In this document: positions 20,830 to 29,857 of the stretch, one piece after another
Position numbering within the stretch: the stretch's first letter is position 1
Layout: each line of letters starts with the position of its first letter
NCBI GenBank assembly: GCA_965216755.1
Contig: CBDCGL010000011.1
Location: 4,288,001-4,352,000, forward strand
Length of the DNA stretch: 64,000 bases
Reading direction: 5' to 3'
Source: Alphaproteobacteria bacterium
GTDB lineage: Bacteria > Pseudomonadota > Alphaproteobacteria > UBA7887
Program-made: the position numbers and the translations under genes
The notes under the pieces: model-generated
The model's database searches: none
Told to the model about the DNA's origin: nothing
What the model saw: only the letters and a program-made list of their open reading frames with translations

Positions 20830-22206
20830 ATGGCGCTAACCTTACGCAGCGATGGCGTGGCGCCGCTTGTGGCCCATTTTGATGCCATTCGTGGCGCGCT
20901 GCCGGGTCAAGACCTGGCATGGCTCGGTGACCTGCGCACCGAGGCGTTGGCGCAGTTCACGGCCGCCGGCGTGCCCGGGGCAAAGGTCGAGGAATGGAAA
21001 TACAGTGCCGTTGCCCGCGCTCTGTCGGGCGACGCGCCGGCTGGTGAAGGTCGTCGCACGGCGGCACCGGCAGTCGATGCCGCCATGGTACGCGCCCAAA
21101 TCGACGATTACGATGGTCCAAGTCTGGTGTTTGTCGACGGCATCCATCAGCCGCAATTGAGTCGTGTGCCGGTGGGGCAAAAGGGTATTTCGATCCGTCC
21201 TCTCAGCACCGTCTTGGCGGAGTCGCCCGAAGATCTGCGTCCGTTTTTGGCCAAGAGCCACGATCGCGCGGAACATCGGCTGTCGGGGCAGGTTGATCGT
21301 CGACCATTCGCGCTCATTGCCTTGAATGCGGCGTTGATGGCTGATGGCGCGGCCATAAAGGTGGCCGCCGATACTGTGTGCGAAACGCGGATCTACATAC
21401 TGCATCTGAATCGGCACGGGGATGACCAAGGTATGGTCACGCCGCGGACAGTTGTTGCCTGCGATAGCGGTGCCCAGTGCCGGATTGTGGAAAGCTATGT
21501 CGGGGTGGGCGACGCCAGCTATCTGACCAATGCGGTCACACAGATTTTTGTTGGCTCAAACGGCCGGGTTGAACACTGGCGTTTACAGGCTGAATGCGGC
21601 GCGGCCAACCATGTTGGCGCGACATTGGTGGATTTGGGCGATGGCGCGCGCTACGACGCCACCGATGTCACGATTGGGGGTGGCGCCAATCGCGCCGAAA
21701 TGCGCGTTGGGCTCGCGGGCGATCATGCCCAATGCCACTTGAAAGGGCTCTATTTGGGGCGCGGCCGGCAGCAGCATGATCTTCTCACGCGCTTAGACCA
21801 TGTCGGTCAAGATTGTATCAGCGATCAGGTGTACAAAGGGGTGATTGGCGGCAATGCGCGCGGTGCTTTTCAGGGCAAAATCCACGTTGCGCCGAATGCT
21901 TTGAAAACAGATGCAAAACTACTGAATAAGAATCTGATTGTGTCCGACGCCGGCGAAGCCGACAGCAAGCCGGAGCTTGAGATCCTGGCCGATGATGTCA
22001 AATGTGCGCATGGTTCGACGGTTGGGGATCTGGATTTGGATGCATTGTTCTATTTGCGCGCGCGGGGAATCGATGAAGCTGCGGCACGCGCCTTGTTGAT
22101 AAATGGCTTTGTCGCCGATGTACTGGACGGCGCCGGCGATGAAACGGTCGCCGGACAAATGCGGCGGGCGGTCAATCAATGGTTGGCGGGCGAGGTGCAA
22201 TCATGA
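20830..22206 (+). CDS. sufD: Fe-S cluster assembly protein SufD
   Basis: EEWKYS, FQGKIHV, SKPELEILADDVKCAHG, FYLRARGI. Confidence 0.96.
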   Translation: MALTLRSDGVAPLVAHFDAIRGALPGQDLAWLGDLRTEALAQFTAAGVPGAKVEEWKYSAVARALSGDAPAGEGRRTAAPAVDAAMVRAQIDDYDGPSLVFVDGIHQPQLSRVPVGQKGISIRPLSTVLAESPEDLRPFLAKSHDRAEHRLSGQVDRRPFALIALNAALMADGAAIKVAADTVCETRIYILHLNRHGDDQGMVTPRTVVACDSGAQCRIVESYVGVGDASYLTNAVTQIFVGSNGRVEHWRLQAECGAANHVGATLVDLGDGARYDATDVTIGGGANRAEMRVGLAGDHAQCHLKGLYLGRGRQQHDLLTRLDHVGQDCISDQVYKGVIGGNARGAFQGKIHVAPNALKTDAKLLNKNLIVSDAGEADSKPELEILADDVKCAHGSTVGDLDLDALFYLRARGIDEAAARALLINGFVADVLDGAGDETVAGQMRRAVNQWLAGEVQS

Positions 22207-23456
22207 ATGCCATGACGGCGGACAGGGCGCCGGTGCCGGTTTTTGACGCCATCCAGGCGCGCTCCGATTTTCCCATCCTCGGCGAGTCGATGTATGGCAA
22301 ACCGTTAGTGTATCTGGATAGCGCGGCAAGCGCGCAAAAGCCACGTTGTGTAATTGACGCCATCAGTGGTTGCTATGAGAAGCAATATGCCAATGTCCAT
22401 CGGGGCGTGTATTGGCTCAGCGAGCGGACGACCGAGGCCTATGAGGACGCGCGAGAAAAAGCGCGGGCGCACATTAACGCGCCCCGTGGCCGCGAGGTGG
22501 TTTTCGTGCGCGGTGCGACAGAAGGCCTGAACCTGGTTGCCAGCAGCTACGTCCGGGCGTTCATGAAGCCCGGTGACGAAGTGATTATCAGCGCGATGGA
22601 GCACCACTCCAATATCGTGCCCTGGCAAATGGCCCGCGATCAGTTTGGAATCGTGCTGAAGGTGGTGCCGATTACCGATGCCGGCGAATTGAAGCTTGGC
22701 GCGCTCGAAGCTTTGATCACCGCGCGCACCAAAATGATCGCAATCACCCATGTGGCCAACGCGTTGGGCACCGTGCTGCCGGTTGAGGCGATTTGCCGGT
22801 TGGGCCGCGATCGCGGCGTTCATGTGCTGATTGACGGGTGCCAAGCGGTGCCGCACATGCCGGTCGATGTGCAAGAGCTGGGCTGCGACTTCTATGTCTA
22901 TTCGGGTCATAAACTCTATGGTCCCAGCGGTATTGGCATTTTGTACGGCCGCGAAGACTTGCTGGATGCGATGCCGCCCTATCAAGGCGGCGGCGAAATG
23001 ATCAGCTCGGTAACGTTCGAGAAGACCGAATTCGCTGCCTTGCCGCACAAGTTCGAGGCGGGCACGCCGCATATTGTCGGCGCCATAGGTTTGGGTGCAG
23101 CGATCGACTATCTCGCTGGTATCGACAGCGCGGCCCTGGCGGCGCATGAAGCCGACGTGTTGGACTATGGCGCGCGCCAGCTTAGTGCCGTGGCGGGGCT
23201 GCGCATGATTGGCACGGCACAACACAAGGCCGGCGTCTTGTCGTTTGTGCTCGATGGCGTGCACCCGCACGACGTCGGCACGATCCTGGATCGTGAAGCC
23301 ATCGCTGTGCGCGTCGGGCATCATTGCGCCCAGCCGGTCATGGATCGGTTTGGCGTTCCGGCGACTGTGCGCGCGTCGATTGGGCTCTACAATACGCGCG
23401 AGGATATTGACGCGCTGGTGACGGGTTTGGAAAAAGTGCGGCGGATTTTTGGCTAA
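22203..23456 (+). CDS. sufS: cysteine desulfurase SufS
   Basis: YLDSAASAQKP, MEHHSNIVPW, SGHKLYGP (PLP Lys), RVGHHCAQP. Confidence 0.97.
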   Translation: MNAMTADRAPVPVFDAIQARSDFPILGESMYGKPLVYLDSAASAQKPRCVIDAISGCYEKQYANVHRGVYWLSERTTEAYEDAREKARAHINAPRGREVVFVRGATEGLNLVASSYVRAFMKPGDEVIISAMEHHSNIVPWQMARDQFGIVLKVVPITDAGELKLGALEALITARTKMIAITHVANALGTVLPVEAICRLGRDRGVHVLIDGCQAVPHMPVDVQELGCDFYVYSGHKLYGPSGIGILYGREDLLDAMPPYQGGGEMISSVTFEKTEFAALPHKFEAGTPHIVGAIGLGAAIDYLAGIDSAALAAHEADVLDYGARQLSAVAGLRMIGTAQHKAGVLSFVLDGVHPHDVGTILDREAIAVRVGHHCAQPVMDRFGVPATVRASIGLYNTREDIDALVTGLEKVRRIFG

Positions 23457-23914
23457 TGTCAGACCTGAGAGACCTCTATCAGGAAGTGATCCTGGATCAT
23501 AATCGGCGGCCGAGGAATTTCGGCCAATTGGCTGAGCCGTGCCGCCACGCGGACGGCCATAACCCGCTATGCGGGGATCGGCTGACCGTTTACCTGAATG
23601 TCGACGACGGCACGGTCCAAGATATTCGTTTTGAGGGCAATGGCTGCGCCATATCGACCGCGTCGGCGTCCATGATGACCGAATTGGTCAAGGGCAAGAC
23701 CGAGGCCCAGGCCGAGGCTCTGTTCGCAACATTTCGCGGCATGTGTACGGGGGAAGACGTGTCCGAAGTGGCGGCGACCGACGAAGAGGACCGCGACGTG
23801 TTGGAAGTCTTGTCGGGGGTACGGGAATTTCCCATGCGCGTCAAATGCGCAACCCTAGCGTGGCATACGCTGAGCGCCGCCTTGCACGGTGAAGATGCCG
23901 CGACGACCGAATAG
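23456..23914 (+). CDS. sufU: SUF system NifU-family protein SufU
   Basis: LYQEVILDH, NPLCGD, GCAISTASAS, RVKCATLAW. Confidence 0.95.
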   Translation: MSDLRDLYQEVILDHNRRPRNFGQLAEPCRHADGHNPLCGDRLTVYLNVDDGTVQDIRFEGNGCAISTASASMMTELVKGKTEAQAEALFATFRGMCTGEDVSEVAATDEEDRDVLEVLSGVREFPMRVKCATLAWHTLSAALHGEDAATTE

Positions 23915-23950
23915 AGAGACGGGGCGGACAGCGAGCAAGCAAAAGGTTCA

Positions 23951-24355
23951 GTGATGTTTGGAAGCTTTTTCGGTAGCCGGGCGCCAGATCTGGAAATGGA
24001 AAGCGCCGTATTGAGCGCACAGGCGGGCGAACCTTTAGAGACAGGTTCGCCCGTGGCCGGCAAAGAAACGGTGGTCGCGGCTCTACAGACTGTTTACGAC
24101 CCAGAGATTCCGGTCAATATCTATGATCTGGGGCTGATCTATGACATTCAGATCAGCGAAACCGGCCAGGTGGCGATCCAAATGACATTGACCACCCCGG
24201 GCTGCCCGGTGGCAGGCTCGATGCCCGGCATGGTCGCCCAGGCCGTGGCGGCCAGCGAGGGTGTCGGCGAGGTCGAGGTCGTCTTGGTTTGGGAGCCGCC
24301 GTGGACTCAGGATCGCATGACCGAAGCCGCCAAGCTGGAATTGGGCATGTTTTGA
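23951..24355 (+). CDS. sufT: SUF system DUF59 protein SufT
   Basis: YDPEIPVNIYDLGLIY, MTLTTPGCP, WEPPW. Confidence 0.92.
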   Translation: MMFGSFFGSRAPDLEMESAVLSAQAGEPLETGSPVAGKETVVAALQTVYDPEIPVNIYDLGLIYDIQISETGQVAIQMTLTTPGCPVAGSMPGMVAQAVAASEGVGEVEVVLVWEPPWTQDRMTEAAKLELGMF

Positions 24356-24400
24356 TGTCGTCTTTGCCAAGTTGGAATACCTGTATCAAAAGGACGCCAG

Positions 24401-24742
24401 ATGGCCGATAGACCGCCGCTTCTCACCTTGACCGCTGCCGCCGCCACCCGCGTTAAAGAGGTATTGGCGAAGCGTGATACGCCGGCGCTTGGTCTGCGCA
24501 TTGGTATTAAGAACGCCGGCTGCTCGGGCATGTCGTATACGGTCGATTATGCCGACGAAGTCGGGCCGCACGACGAAGTGATCAACGACAAGGGGGTCAC
24601 CATAATCGTTGCGCCGACCGCTTCGCTGTTTTTGATCGGCAGTGAGGTCGATTATGTGGAAGACCGTTTGCAATCGGGCTTCGTGTTTTCAAATCCGAAT
24701 GAGAAAGGCCGCTGCGGCTGCGGCGAGTCGTTTCACGTCTAG
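24401..24742 (+). CDS. sufA: A-type Fe-S carrier SufA/IscA (HesB family)
   Basis: GCSGMSY, NPNEKGRCGCGESF. Confidence 0.95.
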   Translation: MADRPPLLTLTAAAATRVKEVLAKRDTPALGLRIGIKNAGCSGMSYTVDYADEVGPHDEVINDKGVTIIVAPTASLFLIGSEVDYVEDRLQSGFVFSNPNEKGRCGCGESFHV

Positions 24743-24744
24743 AA

Positions 24745-24870
24745 TCAATTACGGTGAATTACGGTGACAGTTTACTTAATTCCGATCGAAGTGCTTGTGG
24801 ACGAAAACGGAACCGCAACTGAATTAAGTAAACTGTCACCGTAATTCACCGTAATTGACTGTCACCGTAA
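24745..24870. repeat. AT-rich long inverted repeat (REP/REPIN- or MITE-like), copy 1
   Basis: perfect 38-bp arms 24745-24782 / 24821-24858 with core GGTGACAGTTTACT, 38-bp spacer, extra partial arm to 24870. Confidence 0.9.
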
Positions 24871-24882
24871 GTCCGATCCGCA

Positions 24883-24930
24883 TAAAACGACGGCCCGACA
24901 ACGGCGACATAAGCCGCCACTATCGGGCCG
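24883..24930 (-). terminator. probable intrinsic terminator of histone-like gene
   Basis: CGGCCCGA...TCGGGCCG stem followed on minus strand by TCGTTTT. Confidence 0.45.
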
Positions 24931-24985
24931 AGGTTTGATCAGTCTTGAACCGGGCCTGACGGCCCGATTCAGGCTGACGGCGTAA

Positions 24986-25759
24986 CTAGATGCGCGCGAT
25001 GCCGTTCTGACGGGCAGAATAGGCTTTCCGGAACGCGGTGCTCGACGTAATCGACGAACCGCCGCTCCGGCGCGCGGAACCGCCGGCCTTGCGGGCCGTG
25101 GTCTTGCGAGCGCTGGCGCTACGGCGCGGGCTCGCCTTACGGACCGACACCTTGCGGGTGCTGGTACGCTTGGCAGCCGTGGCCTTCCGAGCAGTCGTCT
25201 TGCGGGCTGTCGTCCGCTTGGCTGCGGTGCGGCGGGCCGTGCTCTTGCGGGCCGTGCTCTTGCGCGCGGTCGTGCGCCGCGCTGCGCTGGCGCGCCGGGT
25301 CGCGGCTTTGCGTGCGGTGGCTTTCCGCGCGGTCGTCTTGCGTGCCGTTGTCCGCTTGGCTGCCGTGCGGCGGGCCGTGGTCTTGCGGGCTGACGAAGCG
25401 CGCCGGGTGGTGGCACGTTTTGCAGTGGCTTTGCGCGCCGTGCTCTTACGTGCAGTGGTCTTTTTCTTCGCCGCGGTCTTCTTGGCCGTGCTCGAAGCCC
25501 GGGCGGTTACTTTCTTCGCCGACGCGGCGAGAGTGGCAGCCTTCTTGGCGGCGGATTCGGCGGTCTTTGCACTGACGGCGACCCTGCCAACAACTTTGGC
25601 CATTTGGGTCACGGTACGCGCGACGGCTTTGATTTCTTTCTCAATGGCCCGCAGCTGTTTCGTCATTGCCTGCACTTGCGTGGCAGAGACCGGTTTGCTG
25701 GTGGCCGCCTTTCGGGCTGTCGAAGCCTTTCGGGACGACGACTTTGCCTTAGTTGCCAT
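24986..25759 (-). CDS. histone H1-like Lys/Arg/Ala/Thr-rich DNA-binding protein with pentapeptide repeats
   Basis: MATKAK start after GAGG RBS; runs of ARKTT/ARKAT/AKRTT/ARRTA. Confidence 0.85.
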   Translation of the reverse strand: MATKAKSSSRKASTARKAATSKPVSATQVQAMTKQLRAIEKEIKAVARTVTQMAKVVGRVAVSAKTAESAAKKAATLAASAKKVTARASSTAKKTAAKKKTTARKSTARKATAKRATTRRASSARKTTARRTAAKRTTARKTTARKATARKAATRRASAARRTTARKSTARKSTARRTAAKRTTARKTTARKATAAKRTSTRKVSVRKASPRRSASARKTTARKAGGSARRSGGSSITSSTAFRKAYSARQNGIARI

Positions 25760-25936
25760 GGGAATTGCCTCTTGACTCGTTAACGAAATCGGGCGGCCGA
25801 ATCGCCACCGCTGCAAGTTGATCTAGGCGCACATGCTTAAAAAAGTCTTACTTTTTGCCTGATCCGCAGAATTTGTTGTTTGTGAGTCACGCATTTAGAA
25901 GCAAAACGGCACTCAGTGCCGGCATGACTTGGACAA

Positions 25937-26698
25937 TCAGGGCGCAATTTCGATTGAGTCCACTTTGTCCGGATAGAAGCACAAGTGGTCTTTCATCTTT
26001 GCCACCTCTGGTAAGGGTGCCGGATAGCTCCATGCAATGTCTCTGATCGTGTCACCCTCTACTTCGATTGACCAATGAACGGCCGTGCCCTTATACGGGC
26101 AGGATGTTCGTGTCTCCGAAGGCCGCAAAAGATCACGTCGTACATCCATTAGGGGGATGTAATAACGGGGTGGAAGACCGGTCTCGAACAGGAACACCGC
26201 AGTGCGCGAATCCGCGATTGTGATGCCCTTCAATTTGATCGTAACCGCGCGCGAACTGCGCAAAACGTCAATGCGCACACGCGGGTCGCGGGCGTGGACA
26301 AAGACCTCTTCATCTTCTTCCAACCAACACTCCAGCCGATTCCAATAAAAAGCTACGTAATCCTTGAGTTCGCGTACTTCGGCATAGGGATTGTCATAGC
26401 CCCAGACCGCGTTTTGAGACCGCCGCGCGCCAACCGTGATCGTCCAATAACGTGCCGTGCCCTTGAATGGGCATTCGGTCTGGTGATCGGTGGCGTCGAG
26501 CAACTCCATGCGGACGTCGGCGCGCGGCAGGTAGTAAACCGGCGTGTGGCGTGATTCGCGCATCAGCAACGCGCGCGTCGTGTCGGCGATGGTCGCGCCG
26601 GCGAAACGCGCCCGAATCCGTTTCGCGCATGGTTCCAAGGCGACCATATGGTCTGGATGGCGGACGTAACCGGGACCCGGGTTGGCATCGTCGGGCAT
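25937..26698 (-). CDS. DUF427 (NTP_transf_9) two-domain protein
   Basis: two copies of YY(L/I)P...CP(F/Y)KG.A..W...W.Y..P; HARDP linker. Confidence 0.9.
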   Translation of the reverse strand: MPDDANPGPGYVRHPDHMVALEPCAKRIRARFAGATIADTTRALLMRESRHTPVYYLPRADVRMELLDATDHQTECPFKGTARYWTITVGARRSQNAVWGYDNPYAEVRELKDYVAFYWNRLECWLEEDEEVFVHARDPRVRIDVLRSSRAVTIKLKGITIADSRTAVFLFETGLPPRYYIPLMDVRRDLLRPSETRTSCPYKGTAVHWSIEVEGDTIRDIAWSYPAPLPEVAKMKDHLCFYPDKVDSIEIAP

Positions 26699-26765
26699 GG
26701 CAGGCCTCCTGACTTTCACGTGAGATCCCCACTAGACTAAACCGAATTCGCTTTGTGGAGGCAGC

Positions 26766-28157
26766 ATGAAGTCATTTGTCGTCGGCACCATCCTGGCACT
26801 GGCCCTGGCTCAGGGCCCGCGCGCCGCCGCGGAGACCCTTGCTCTCATTGGTGCGACCGTGGTCGATCCGGCGCGCGCCGGATCGATAGCCGATGGCGCT
26901 GTCGTGATCCGCGACGACCGGGTCGCGGCGGTGGGCGGACGCGATGACGTGGAGGTGCCCGCAGACGCACGCGTGGTCGATCTCACCGGCAAATGGATCG
27001 TTCCGGGACTGATCGACGCCCATATCCACTTTTTTCAATCAGGTGGTCTCTACACGCGGCCTGATATCATCGATCTCCGTGCGCTTCGGCCTTATGGGCA
27101 GGAAATCGCGACGATACGGGCCCGGCTCCCCGAGACCCTAGCGCGCTATATCGCCAGCGGCATCACAGCTGTCGCCGATGTCGGCGGCCCATTCTGGACC
27201 CTGCGTATCGCTGCCGAATTGGACTCGTTGGACGCTGCGCCGCGCATCGCCGCCAGCGGTCCGCTGATATCGACCTATTGGCCGCGTGCCCTTGATATTG
27301 CCGATCGGGCCATCGCCCATGTGACCACGCCCGAAGAGGCCCGTGCGCGGGTGCGCGACCATGTGGCGCGAGGCGCCCAGATGATCAAGATTTGGTTTGT
27401 CCGCATCGCCGGCGAAGACCTCGAAGATGCGATCGCGTGGGTTCGTGCAGCGGTTGCTGAGGCCCATGGTGCCGGGCTAGCCGTCGCGATTCATGCCACC
27501 CAATTGGAAACCGCTCACGCGGCCGTCGATGCGGGGGCCGATATTCTAGTTCACAGCGTCGACAATGCGCCGATCGACGATGGGCTGCTCGACAAGCTGC
27601 GTGCCGGCAATGTCGTCTACACGCCCGCCTTGGCGGTTTATGAAGGATATCGCGAGGTACTGGGGCAACATGTGGGACTAACAGACATCGACCGCCGGGT
27701 CGGTGATCCAGCTGTTATCGCAAGCTTCGATGATCTCGCCGACATTTCGGCCGACATGTTGCCGTGGGGCGCGCAACGGCGCCAGCCGCAGCCAATAAAT
27801 CCGATCATGACCGACAATCTGATCCGCGTTCAGCGCGCTGGCATCACCATTGCCGCCGGCTCGGACGCCGGCAATATCGGCACATTGCACGGATCCGGCT
27901 TGCATCGAGAGTTCGAGATCATGGAGGACGTGGGTATGTCGCCGATGGCGGTCTTGGCCAGCGCGACTCTGAGCGGAGCACACGTGATGGGTATGGCTGA
28001 TCGGATCGGCCAGATCGCGCCGGGCTTTTTGGCCGACTTGGTGGTATTGAACGCGGATCCCACCCTTAGCGCCACCAATTTGCGGCGGATCGACCGGGTT
28101 ATGAAAGGTGGTGTGTTCTTCGATCCAAACGCCTTGCTGGCCGAGCTTGGCCAATAG
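26766..28157 (+). CDS. secreted amidohydrolase-family protein
   Basis: signal peptide; PGLIDAHIH metal motif, AIHA, LVHS, AGSDAG, ADLVVL. Confidence 0.9.
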   Translation: MKSFVVGTILALALAQGPRAAAETLALIGATVVDPARAGSIADGAVVIRDDRVAAVGGRDDVEVPADARVVDLTGKWIVPGLIDAHIHFFQSGGLYTRPDIIDLRALRPYGQEIATIRARLPETLARYIASGITAVADVGGPFWTLRIAAELDSLDAAPRIAASGPLISTYWPRALDIADRAIAHVTTPEEARARVRDHVARGAQMIKIWFVRIAGEDLEDAIAWVRAAVAEAHGAGLAVAIHATQLETAHAAVDAGADILVHSVDNAPIDDGLLDKLRAGNVVYTPALAVYEGYREVLGQHVGLTDIDRRVGDPAVIASFDDLADISADMLPWGAQRRQPQPINPIMTDNLIRVQRAGITIAAGSDAGNIGTLHGSGLHREFEIMEDVGMSPMAVLASATLSGAHVMGMADRIGQIAPGFLADLVVLNADPTLSATNLRRIDRVMKGGVFFDPNALLAELGQ

Positions 28158-28173
28158 TCGTTCCTTTCCTCGA

Positions 28174-29733
28174 CTACGCGCCTCGCGCGCTGGCCCATGG
28201 CGACATGATATGGGCGCAGCCGCGTTTGACGCCGTGCGTGGGATCGTCCTGAACGGCCGACGGGCAGGCATAAAACGCGGGATAAACCGTCGGCTGCGCG
28301 GCTTGGCTCGGAAACCTGTCGGTGAGCGCCTTGATCGTGGCCGTCGCCAAGTTCGGATCATAAACAAGAATATCACCGCCGCTGGCGTCGATCCGCGGGT
28401 GGTGAAACGCGCTTTCCAAGTCCATCCGAAAGTCAACCAACGCCGACGTCAACTGAAACACAGCCGGCATGATTCTGCGGCCGCCCGACGCGCCCAAAGC
28501 GGTCCGGGTGCCGTCGTCATGGTGAATGATGGTCGGGCACATGTTGGTCAGCGGCCGGGCGCCGGGCCGAATCGAATTTGGCCGACCGGGGCGGGGGTCG
28601 AACCACATAATGCCGTTGTTCATCAGAATCCCGGTCTCCGGCAGCACCACGTTGCTGCCGAACAATGACAACAAGGTCTGGGTCAGCGAAACCGCCATGC
28701 CGTCGCCATCGACCACGCACATGTGGGTCGTGCACGCCGGCGCGGTGTTGGATTCCGTGTCGCCCAAGCTGGTCAAACGTTGCTCGTAGGCGTCGCGCAG
28801 GCTCTGTGCTTGGGCGATCACTGCCTCGGCGTCCGGCGTCGTACCCTGGGGCGTCAATCGCGACTCCAGCCGCGCCAGCGCGTCGCGCAAGGTTGGCCCC
28901 GCGGTGAGGCCCGGCGGGGCAAATACTTTGGCGTCGCGATATGCGGCGGCCGGCGCCTCAATGACGCGCGCTTGATAGGCACGCAAGTCTTCGACCGAAA
29001 GCGTGCCGCCCAGCGCGGCGACGTCCGCGACTATGCGCTCGCCGACCGGCCCGCGATAAAACGCATCCGGCCCGCCGCGGGCCAATTCGCTGAGCGTTGC
29101 GGTCAGCGCCGGGAAAGGCCGCGTCGGCTTCGTGCCCGACCAGTCACAGACCGGCACAAAGCCGTCGTCCAAGAAGATAGCGCGGCTGCTTGGATAGCGG
29201 CTCAGGTCGCGGGCATTGGACGCGATCAGCGTGGTGGCGTACCAATCGACCGATAGGCCGCCATCAGCAAGGGCGACGGCCGGTGCGAGTGACTCCGCCC
29301 AGCTTCGGGAGCCAAAACGCTCCAACGCGAGCGCCATGCCGGCAACGTGGCCAGGCACCGCCATGGACAGCGACCCCATGACATTGCGATCTTCGACAAC
29401 CGCCGGCCAGCCAAACAGATCACCCCCACTGCCATCGACCAAAGGATAGGCATTCGGATCGAGGGCGATCGGCGCCACCATGGTGAAATCGACAGCGGAA
29501 ACCGTGTTCGCGCCGGCCTCGGCGACCAGCATGACGCCGCCGCCGCCGATCCCGCTCATCCAGGGCTCGACGACGCCGATGGCAAACGCGGCGGCGACCG
29601 CCGCGTCAACGGCATTGCCGCCTTTCGCCAGCACCTCGGCGCCGACCGCCGAGGCCAAATAGTGCTGACTGGCGATCATGCCCCCCTGTGACTTGACCGC
29701 CGGCTTGGTTACCGTCCAATGCTCGCCGCGCAC
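28174..29733 (-). CDS. ggt: gamma-glutamyltransferase family protein
   Basis: GGNAVDAAVA, SGIGGGG, TTH nucleophile (CTTHMCVVD), LMNNG, GASGG. Confidence 0.92.
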   Translation of the reverse strand: MRGEHWTVTKPAVKSQGGMIASQHYLASAVGAEVLAKGGNAVDAAVAAAFAIGVVEPWMSGIGGGGVMLVAEAGANTVSAVDFTMVAPIALDPNAYPLVDGSGGDLFGWPAVVEDRNVMGSLSMAVPGHVAGMALALERFGSRSWAESLAPAVALADGGLSVDWYATTLIASNARDLSRYPSSRAIFLDDGFVPVCDWSGTKPTRPFPALTATLSELARGGPDAFYRGPVGERIVADVAALGGTLSVEDLRAYQARVIEAPAAAYRDAKVFAPPGLTAGPTLRDALARLESRLTPQGTTPDAEAVIAQAQSLRDAYEQRLTSLGDTESNTAPACTTHMCVVDGDGMAVSLTQTLLSLFGSNVVLPETGILMNNGIMWFDPRPGRPNSIRPGARPLTNMCPTIIHHDDGTRTALGASGGRRIMPAVFQLTSALVDFRMDLESAFHHPRIDASGGDILVYDPNLATATIKALTDRFPSQAAQPTVYPAFYACPSAVQDDPTHGVKRGCAHIMSPWASARGA

Positions 29734-29857
29734 TGCGTCCTCCGTGTTCCAACTTTTGTATCAGGGCATGCTTGGGCGCCAATGCCAAACCTGTCAAGCG
29801 TCTGACGCATAGGCACAGCAGGTGCGCCGGCGGCTAAATTGCGGCATCGTCGGCGTT

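Noticed and set aside
22305-23324. 339-aa minus-strand ORF
   Set aside because: Antisense to well-supported sufS; no motifs
25038-25775. 245-aa plus-strand ORF rich in Arg/Ala/Val/Leu
   Set aside because: Antisense shadow of the histone-like repeat gene, which has the RBS and coherent composition
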